Part shown: piece by piece, positions 1-8,100 of the stretch
How the letters are laid out: the number at the start of each line of letters is the position of its first letter
Numbering within the stretch: the stretch's first letter is position 1
NCBI GenBank assembly: GCA_964019335.1
Contig: OZ025769.1
Location: forward strand, 1-9,254
DNA from: Diplonema japonicum
Lineage: Eukaryota > Protista > Euglenozoa: Diplonemea
Length of the DNA: 9,254 bases
Direction of reading: 5' to 3'
The notes under the pieces: model-generated
The model's input: only the letters and a program-made list of their open reading frames with translations
What the model was told of the DNA's origin: nothing
Databases searched by the model: none
Program-made: the position numbers and the translations under genes

Positions 1-165
1 TACTACTACTATGATAAGTAGGCATACACACTGTGTTAGTGCTAGTACATGTATATCATATACTGTATGTACTACTACACAGAGTACTTACATGATAAGT
101 AGTATGCTGGTATCTCTACAGACACTCTCAGGATGTGGTGGTGTCTAGAGATGGTATCCAAGCTA

Positions 166-220
166 GGGATCCTGGGATCTAGAGGTTGGGTCTCCACCCC
201 TGGGATCCTGGGATCTAGAG
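166..220. repeat. 19-bp direct repeat GGGATCCTGGGATCTAGAG x2
   Basis: Copies at 166-184 and 202-220. An inverted 11-bp core (ATCCCAGGATC) lies at 1373-1383. Confidence 0.85.
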
Positions 221-457
221 AAGGGGTCCCCATCCCCAGGATGATGTCATGAGAGGATGAGTAGGGTTATGATACCATTAATACAGTTAGTACATCATTA
301 TGTAATACTAGTATTATGCATGTACATATATCCCCCGTATACATGGGATAGATATATGATACATACACAGTACTTACATAGTATGTAATGATAGTATTAT
401 AGGTGGTAATAGGAGGGTATATTGAGGGGTCCCAGAAGGGCTGGATAAGGGGGCATG

Positions 458-752
458 CTAGGGGTTTACGTCCCTGTAGCCCTCCGATTCCTGAACCCCT
501 TCAGGGCTGTATCGGGTGAATTCGTAGAATTACCCCGTAGGAGCCCTGGAATGGTTTACGTCCCTGTAGCCCTCCAATATTGGGACACCTCTCTGGGCTC
601 CTACGGGTGATTTCTGCAAATTAACCCGCTACGTCCCAGAGAATATCTACGTCCCTGTAGCCCTCCAATTCCTGAAACCCTTGTGGGACACTACGTAAGA
701 ATTATGCAAATTACCTCGCTATATCCCCCACGCGCGCGCGCGCGCGTAAGGA
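458..752. repeat. Three iterated ~90-bp elements: constant 19-bp anchor plus imperfect palindromic module (iteron-like or recombination-site-like)
   Basis: TACGTCCCTGTAGCCCTCC occurs at 467-485, 557-575 and 648-666 (period 90 and 91). Each is followed by a GGG...CCC-bounded module at 504-546, 595-637 and 685-727 centred on A(A/T)TT-N5-AATT. Copy 2 is at 5629-5923. Confidence 0.9.
729..748. other. CA(CG)8TA alternating purine-pyrimidine tract (Z-DNA-prone; A(CG)8T is an 18-bp perfect palindrome)
   Basis: Read directly: (CG)8 at 731-746, and again at 5902-5917. Confidence 0.85.
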
Positions 753-793
753 TAACTGTTAGGATAGTAAGGTGCCCCCAAGGTGTCCCCAAA

Positions 794-922
794 GGGGTAG
801 GGTATAGGACCCCCAATATAAGGGGGGGGGTACAGAGAGGGGGGGTTAGGATAAGGGTCTAATACATAGGGGTTAGTACCAGTGGTTAGACAAGGGGTTA
901 GTTAGTAGACAGTGTGTAGGGG
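794..922 (+). other. G-run tract, potential G-quadruplex, with spaced GGGGTTAG motifs
   Basis: G runs at 794-797, 800-802, 822-830 (G9), 839-845 (G7), 855-857, 869-872, 894-897 and 919-922. GGGGTTAG occurs at 842, 869 and 894. Confidence 0.55.
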
Positions 923-977
923 CTAATACCACAGTATACAAGGGATAATGTACTACCCCATACCAGTGGTTACATAC

Positions 978-1030
978 TCTCTGCTAACAGTGTGTGTCCC
1001 TGGTAACAGTGTGTGTCTCTGCTAACAGGT
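978..1030. repeat. 19-bp minisatellite, ~2.8 copies (TCTCTGCTAACAGTGTGTG)
   Basis: Units at 978-996, 997-1015 and 1016-1030. A solo CTCTGCTAACAGGT lies at 1346-1359. Confidence 0.85.
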
Positions 1031-1406
1031 ACTTACTACAGGCCCCCAGACGTGCCCTGCTATGGAATCCCCTGTTATGAGATACCACCACCAGACACCC
1101 TACTTGTGCTGCCCCCAGAGAACACACCCTTCTGCTGGTGTTCCTGTTAGTTGGTGTTATCCCCAGATGTATAGCTACACCCTTCTGGAGCACTGCTTGT
1201 GCTACTACATGTATTACTACACACTGTCTGTATTACTCTCTGTGTTAGTGTGTAGTGTGTTACTGTACTTAGCTAAACAGTGTGCTTCCTCTTGTATGTT
1301 ATGGATATCAGTACCTCTGGATGTACTCCCCACAGGCCTCCGTACCTCTGCTAACAGGTCCTAGCATCCCTAATCCCAGGATCTAAGGGTTCCGAGGGGT
1401 CCCAAT

Positions 1407-1520
1407 CTAGGGGTTTACGTCCCTGTAGCCCTCCAATTCCTGAAACCCTTGTGGGACACTACGGATGAATTCGTAGAATTACCTCGCTATATCCCCCACG
1501 CGCGCGCGCGCGCGTAAGGA
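1407..1520. repeat. Fourth, isolated copy of the ~90-bp element with a (CG)8 tail
   Basis: The anchor is at 1416-1434. Segment 1416-1520 matches 648-752 except in the module centre. Copy 2 is at 6578-6691. Confidence 0.92.
1497..1516. other. Second CA(CG)8TA tract
   Basis: (CG)8 at 1499-1514 with the same flanks (atccccca...taagga), and again at 6670-6685. Confidence 0.85.
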
Positions 1521-2011
1521 CATGAGTCCATATACAGGTCTCTACACCCTAATCCCCAGGTTAAAGCACCCTTTCTAAGGATACCTCTGTACAGCACACC
1601 CGTTATCAGGGGTTACACACTCTCTGCTGTTCTCTGATAATGTGTAGTTACTGTAACTACTGTTATCCCATGCATACTGTGGTATTACGTACTTCACACT
1701 GTCTATGTTCCTGTGCTATGGTACTTAGCTAAACAGTGTGTCTGTACTACCACCTGTATATGCTCCCCATAGGTATCCCCAGATGTATAGCCACACCCTT
1801 ATGGGATGATGTACTTACTATTAACATGTACTTCCATAGTTACTTACTTAGATACACTGTGTGAATACTGGTGCAACAACATATTCACTGTGTTACACTG
1901 TCTGTACTAATGGTAGCACTACATGTCCCTAATACTACAGTATACAAGGGATAATGTACTACCTACATATTACTAGATATACCCTGTACACCTAGATACC
2001 CCCTTTTAGGC

Positions 2012-2088
2012 CTGAAATGAGGTCCGAGGCTCACCGGGCCTTTTCCCAAAAAGGGGATATCATTTCTCAGAATTGGTCTGGGACCATT
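2012..2088 (+). ncRNA. Candidate structured RNA or ssDNA element (three-way junction plus hairpin), family unknown
   Basis: P1 2012-2020/2060-2070, P2 2021-2026/2035-2040 and P3 2041-2047/2053-2059, then a hairpin at 2074-2078/2082-2086. G-U pairs favour the + strand. Folded by hand only. Confidence 0.3.
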
Positions 2089-2196
2089 CCCTTGAGTCTT
2101 CGAATAGAATGAGGTACCTACCAATAAAGTGGTATTTTGGGTATGCCCATAATCACCCCATATGACCTATCCTCTAGACACCCTATTATCTATGGT

Positions 2197-2447
2197 AGTA
2201 CTACATGCATCCATTGCACATGTAGCACTACACAGGATATATGCTCATGCATACTGTGTGTGTACTGGTGGTAGGATATGCTCTATGCCACACACTCTGT
2301 GTATTGGTGGCATTGCCTGTGTTAGTACTTCTAGTATTCCACTGGTTCCATACTCCTGTGTTCTCAGGGAATGGTGCCACTAGATATCTACTGCACAGCT
2401 AACATGGCATCTCCTTCTGTACTATGCCATGGTATGTACTACAGGAT
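2197..2447. repeat. 251-bp dispersed duplication, copy A (copy B at 3238-3488)
   Basis: Offset 1041 with two substitutions (acttctagta vs actcctggta). A third partial copy lies at 2449-2484. Confidence 0.93.
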
Positions 2448-2544
2448 ATACTACATGCATCCATTGCACATGTAGCACTACACACTATGTATTACTGATG
2501 GGCTACTACTGTGTGTACTGCTCTGCATGATATGGTATATACTC

Positions 2545-3064
2545 CATGGCACCACCACAGCTACTGGTGGCATTACCTGTGTTAGCTAGAGATGGTGTAC
2601 TTCATACTCCTGGTATTCTCTGAGTTAGTACTTTCCCTAACTTAGGGTTACCACTACTCTCAGGATACCTCTGTACTACTCCTAGCACTAGATATCATAG
2701 TTAGCACAGTATGTATCCCCTGTGCTCTATGCACTACATACTATGTATTCCCTATGTACATACAGTATGTATTGGTGTGCATGATATCATATACAGTACA
2801 TGGCACCACCACAGCTACTGGTGGTATTACCTGTGTTACCAGGGATGTACTACTTCAGGGATTCCCCAAGTTAGTGGTTCTCCTGATTCCACTGCTTCTC
2901 TGGTATCACTACCCTTCTCAGGATACCTCTGTACTACTGACAGCACTAGATATCATAGTTAGCACAGTATGTATCCCCTGTGCTCTATGCACTACATACT
3001 ATGTATTCCCTATGTACATACAGTATGTATTGGTGTGCATGATATCATATACAGTACATGGCAC
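2545..3064. repeat. Degenerate tandem duplication with ~255-bp period
   Basis: 2658-2806 equals 2916-3064 (149 bp, one 3-nt block differs). 2545-2584 matches 2799-2838 with one mismatch. 2603-2633 equals 3126-3156. Confidence 0.9.
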
Positions 3065-3237
3065 TGCATCCTGTGCATTGGTGCCATTGCCTGTACTACT
3101 AGGATATGACGTACTTCCCTAGTTCCATACTCCTGGTATTCTCTGAGTTAGTACTTCTAGTATTCCACAGGTTCCTCCACTCTCAGGATACCTGTGCTAC
3201 TGATATCATACTATGTACTAGCCATGATACCTATGAC

Positions 3238-3488
3238 AGTACTACATGCATCCATTGCACATGTAGCACTACACAGGATATATGCTCATGCATACTGTGT
3301 GTGTACTGGTGGTAGGATATGCTCTATGCCACACACTCTGTGTATTGGTGGCATTGCCTGTGTTAGTACTCCTGGTATTCCACTGGTTCCATACTCCTGT
3401 GTTCTCAGGGAATGGTGCCACTAGATATCTACTGCACAGCTAACATGGCATCTCCTTCTGTACTATGCCATGGTATGTACTACAGGAT
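3238..3488. repeat. 251-bp dispersed duplication, copy B
   Basis: Matches 2197-2447 and explains the near-identical ORFs 2162..2383 and 3194..3424. Confidence 0.93.
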
Positions 3489-3677
3489 GTACTACTGATA
3501 TCATACTATCTGTATTGGGGATACATCCTCTGTGTGTCTGCCCATACTTAGGATAGTACTGCCTAGAGGTATTCATGCTTAGTTAGTATCCTTACCAGCA
3601 TGTTCTCCTCATTATGAGGTACATGGTTGGTAGAGTATACCGCCACCATCCTCATGAGATGGTATGGCTAGAGAGCA

Positions 3678-3836
3678 CACCACATCCTTGGGATGTATTG
3701 GTGTCTGTACTCCCAGGATATACATGCCTGTACTCTCTGTACTACCTGAGTATGACAGTACTGATGCAGCCATGGTATGAGCAGGAGCATCTCCTTCTCT
3801 GCTCTACAGGATGTACTACTGATAGTACTGGTAGCA
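3678..3836. repeat. 159-bp duplication (second copy at 4481-4639)
   Basis: Offset 803 with no mismatch seen. It explains the shared peptide in minus-strand ORFs 3668..3904 and 4471..4674. Confidence 0.93.
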
Positions 3837-3986
3837 GCATGACGTACTGTCTGTAGACTGTGTAGCACTAGCTTACTGCTCATACTCTCTAGTGCTGATG
3901 TCATCCACAGCTGGGCTCTTCCATCTCTAGGGATGAAGGTCCTTGCTCTGGCTACATGCAGTACTTAGCTAGGATGTACTACTCAC

Positions 3987-4180
3987 AGTACTGGTAGCAC
4001 TACATGCATTGGCATGAGTACTTACCATTGTACTTACTACAGGATATACTCTCTGTAGTACTGGTGGTATTCCCACAGGCATTGTTGCCTAGGATGTACA
4101 CCACCACTCCATCCCTAGCACAGGGATAATGGAGTAGCTACAGTATGAGGTACATGGTTACTAGAGTATACTGCCACCAT
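3987..4180. repeat. 194-bp duplication (second copy at 4706-4899)
   Basis: Offset 719 with a single mismatch (T4172 vs C4891). Confidence 0.93.
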
Positions 4181-5171
4181 ACTCTGTAGATGGCATGAGT
4201 ACATAGCACTAGCATTACTCACAGGATGTATGACAGCAGCTATGCTCTCTGTACTACCTGAGTATGTTCTCATGGCACTACTCTTGTGATGAGTAGTTCC
4301 TACACGTGCTACATCAGGGACAGGTGCTGCACCAATGCTGCTCACCACTGTACTCTCTGTGAGTAGCATGAGTATGATCAGTATGTATCATAGCTCTCTG
4401 ATATGATGCACAGCACATCATGTCCTCTGCTTAGCTATGGATCTACTGATAGTACTACGGATGTACTTCCCTAGAGACAGCACCACATCCTTGGGATGTA
4501 TTGGTGTCTGTACTCCCAGGATATACATGCCTGTACTCTCTGTACTACCTGAGTATGACAGTACTGATGCAGCCATGGTATGAGCAGGAGCATCTCCTTC
4601 TCTGCTCTACAGGATGTACTACTGATAGTACTGGTAGCACTACATGCATTACCTGTGCTAGCTAGGAATGGCATGAGTACTTACTACAATATATATCCTA
4701 CTGATAGTACTGGTAGCACTACATGCATTGGCATGAGTACTTACCATTGTACTTACTACAGGATATACTCTCTGTAGTACTGGTGGTATTCCCACAGGCA
4801 TTGTTGCCTAGGATGTACACCACCACTCCATCCCTAGCACAGGGATAATGGAGTAGCTACAGTATGAGGTACATGGTTACTAGAGTATACCGCCACCATC
4901 CTCATGACTAGGATATGAGGTACATGGTTACTAGAGTATACCGCCAGCATACTCTGTAGATGGTATGGCTAGAGAGAGAGAGCACAGCTGCTCTTCTAGT
5001 AGATAATACCTCTACTCTGTACATCCCATGATCCATGCATGACATGATCTATGGTAATGATACCGTTAGTGGTATACTCCATGATGTCATGGCTAGAGAG
5101 ATGGTGTGTTCTCCCCACTCTCTGGATATGCTGGCATCCTTAGGATGTACCATCATGCCATGATATGATAC

Positions 5172-8100
5172 TACTACTACTATGATAAGTAGGCATACAC
5201 ACTGTGTTAGTGCTAGTACATGTATATCATATACTGTATGTACTACTACACAGAGTACTTACATGATAAGTAGTATGCTGGTATCTCTACAGACACTCTC
5301 AGGATGTGGTGGTGTCTAGAGATGGTATCCAAGCTAGGGATCCTGGGATCTAGAGGTTGGGTCTCCACCCCTGGGATCCTGGGATCTAGAGAAGGGGTCC
5401 CCATCCCCAGGATGATGTCATGAGAGGATGAGTAGGGTTATGATACCATTAATACAGTTAGTACATCATTATGTAATACTAGTATTATGCATGTACATAT
5501 ATCCCCCGTATACATGGGATAGATATATGATACATACACAGTACTTACATAGTATGTAATGATAGTATTATAGGTGGTAATAGGAGGGTATATTGAGGGG
5601 TCCCAGAAGGGCTGGATAAGGGGGCATGCTAGGGGTTTACGTCCCTGTAGCCCTCCGATTCCTGAACCCCTTCAGGGCTGTATCGGGTGAATTCGTAGAA
5701 TTACCCCGTAGGAGCCCTGGAATGGTTTACGTCCCTGTAGCCCTCCAATATTGGGACACCTCTCTGGGCTCCTACGGGTGATTTCTGCAAATTAACCCGC
5801 TACGTCCCAGAGAATATCTACGTCCCTGTAGCCCTCCAATTCCTGAAACCCTTGTGGGACACTACGTAAGAATTATGCAAATTACCTCGCTATATCCCCC
5901 ACGCGCGCGCGCGCGCGTAAGGATAACTGTTAGGATAGTAAGGTGCCCCCAAGGTGTCCCCAAAGGGGTAGGGTATAGGACCCCCAATATAAGGGGGGGG
6001 GTACAGAGAGGGGGGGTTAGGATAAGGGTCTAATACATAGGGGTTAGTACCAGTGGTTAGACAAGGGGTTAGTTAGTAGACAGTGTGTAGGGGCTAATAC
6101 CACAGTATACAAGGGATAATGTACTACCCCATACCAGTGGTTACATACTCTCTGCTAACAGTGTGTGTCCCTGGTAACAGTGTGTGTCTCTGCTAACAGG
6201 TACTTACTACAGGCCCCCAGACGTGCCCTGCTATGGAATCCCCTGTTATGAGATACCACCACCAGACACCCTACTTGTGCTGCCCCCAGAGAACACACCC
6301 TTCTGCTGGTGTTCCTGTTAGTTGGTGTTATCCCCAGATGTATAGCTACACCCTTCTGGAGCACTGCTTGTGCTACTACATGTATTACTACACACTGTCT
6401 GTATTACTCTCTGTGTTAGTGTGTAGTGTGTTACTGTACTTAGCTAAACAGTGTGCTTCCTCTTGTATGTTATGGATATCAGTACCTCTGGATGTACTCC
6501 CCACAGGCCTCCGTACCTCTGCTAACAGGTCCTAGCATCCCTAATCCCAGGATCTAAGGGTTCCGAGGGGTCCCAATCTAGGGGTTTACGTCCCTGTAGC
6601 CCTCCAATTCCTGAAACCCTTGTGGGACACTACGGATGAATTCGTAGAATTACCTCGCTATATCCCCCACGCGCGCGCGCGCGCGTAAGGACATGAGTCC
6701 ATATACAGGTCTCTACACCCTAATCCCCAGGTTAAAGCACCCTTTCTAAGGATACCTCTGTACAGCACACCCGTTATCAGGGGTTACACACTCTCTGCTG
6801 TTCTCTGATAATGTGTAGTTACTGTAACTACTGTTATCCCATGCATACTGTGGTATTACGTACTTCACACTGTCTATGTTCCTGTGCTATGGTACTTAGC
6901 TAAACAGTGTGTCTGTACTACCACCTGTATATGCTCCCCATAGGTATCCCCAGATGTATAGCCACACCCTTATGGGATGATGTACTTACTATTAACATGT
7001 ACTTCCATAGTTACTTACTTAGATACACTGTGTGAATACTGGTGCAACAACATATTCACTGTGTTACACTGTCTGTACTAATGGTAGCACTACATGTCCC
7101 TAATACTACAGTATACAAGGGATAATGTACTACCTACATATTACTAGATATACCCTGTACACCTAGATACCCCCTTTTAGGCCTGAAATGAGGTCCGAGG
7201 CTCACCGGGCCTTTTCCCAAAAAGGGGATATCATTTCTCAGAATTGGTCTGGGACCATTCCCTTGAGTCTTCGAATAGAATGAGGTACCTACCAATAAAG
7301 TGGTATTTTGGGTATGCCCATAATCACCCCATATGACCTATCCTCTAGACACCCTATTATCTATGGTAGTACTACATGCATCCATTGCACATGTAGCACT
7401 ACACAGGATATATGCTCATGCATACTGTGTGTGTACTGGTGGTAGGATATGCTCTATGCCACACACTCTGTGTATTGGTGGCATTGCCTGTGTTAGTACT
7501 TCTAGTATTCCACTGGTTCCATACTCCTGTGTTCTCAGGGAATGGTGCCACTAGATATCTACTGCACAGCTAACATGGCATCTCCTTCTGTACTATGCCA
7601 TGGTATGTACTACAGGATATACTACATGCATCCATTGCACATGTAGCACTACACACTATGTATTACTGATGGGCTACTACTGTGTGTACTGCTCTGCATG
7701 ATATGGTATATACTCCATGGCACCACCACAGCTACTGGTGGCATTACCTGTGTTAGCTAGAGATGGTGTACTTCATACTCCTGGTATTCTCTGAGTTAGT
7801 ACTTTCCCTAACTTAGGGTTACCACTACTCTCAGGATACCTCTGTACTACTCCTAGCACTAGATATCATAGTTAGCACAGTATGTATCCCCTGTGCTCTA
7901 TGCACTACATACTATGTATTCCCTATGTACATACAGTATGTATTGGTGTGCATGATATCATATACAGTACATGGCACCACCACAGCTACTGGTGGTATTA
8001 CCTGTGTTACCAGGGATGTACTACTTCAGGGATTCCCCAAGTTAGTGGTTCTCCTGATTCCACTGCTTCTCTGGTATCACTACCCTTCTCAGGATACCTC

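Larger units (their letters stand above)
1..5171. repeat. 5171-bp tandem unit, copy 1 (complete; apparently non-coding)
   Basis: The start of the window (tactactactatgataagtaggc) recurs at 5172. ORFs in the track recur with identical translation at an offset of exactly 5171 (984/6155, 1062/6233, 2162/7333, 3668/8839). Confidence 0.97.

Noticed and set aside
467-666. CRISPR-like array
   Set aside because: The repeat is only 19 bp, the ~71-bp intervening segments are homologous to each other and palindromic, and there are no cas genes.
842-1160. Kinetoplast minicircle CSB-3/UMS (GGGGTTGGTGTA)
   Set aside because: Only partial matches are present (GGGGTTAG, and GTTGGTGT near 1150). There is no exact 12-mer and no A-tract bend region.
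1062-1364. 100-aa ORF with a hydrophobic stretch (TLSVLLSVLVCSVLLYL)
   Set aside because: The hydrophobicity is explained by GT/CT-rich low-complexity DNA. There is no clear ribosome-binding site and no homology I can recognise. It cannot be fully excluded without a search.
2012-2070. Hammerhead or other known self-cleaving ribozyme
   Set aside because: I saw no CUGANGA plus GAAA core on either strand, the junction has no unpaired catalytic core, and I recognised no twister, pistol or HDV consensus.
1965-2166. Small reading frames in the island: + strand 2017-2112 (31 aa, MRSEAHRAF...) and a ~67-codon stop-free minus-strand frame
   Set aside because: The first is very short and the second lacks an upstream ATG. 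Neither resembles a protein I recognise. They would matter only if the island proved to be a trans-spliced gene fragment.
2635-2650. CCCTAA-C-TTAGGG-TTA telomere-like head-to-head palindrome
   Set aside because: There is only one repeat unit per side, which is compatible with chance in a hairpin-rich sequence. No telomeric array is present.
984-4777. All ORFs in the supplied track (65-122 aa) and their copies at 6155-9075
   Set aside because: They are short, overlap in several frames and run across repeat boundaries. They are rich in Cys, Tyr, Val, Thr and His as expected from the dinucleotide bias, and AA avoidance removes TAA stops and lengthens chance ORFs. I recognise no domain.
1-5171. 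Fungal RIP-degraded transposon, or an IS/LTR element
   Set aside because: CA and TG are abundant rather than depleted, the GC content is moderate, and I see no terminal repeats, target-site duplication or transposase/RT remnants.
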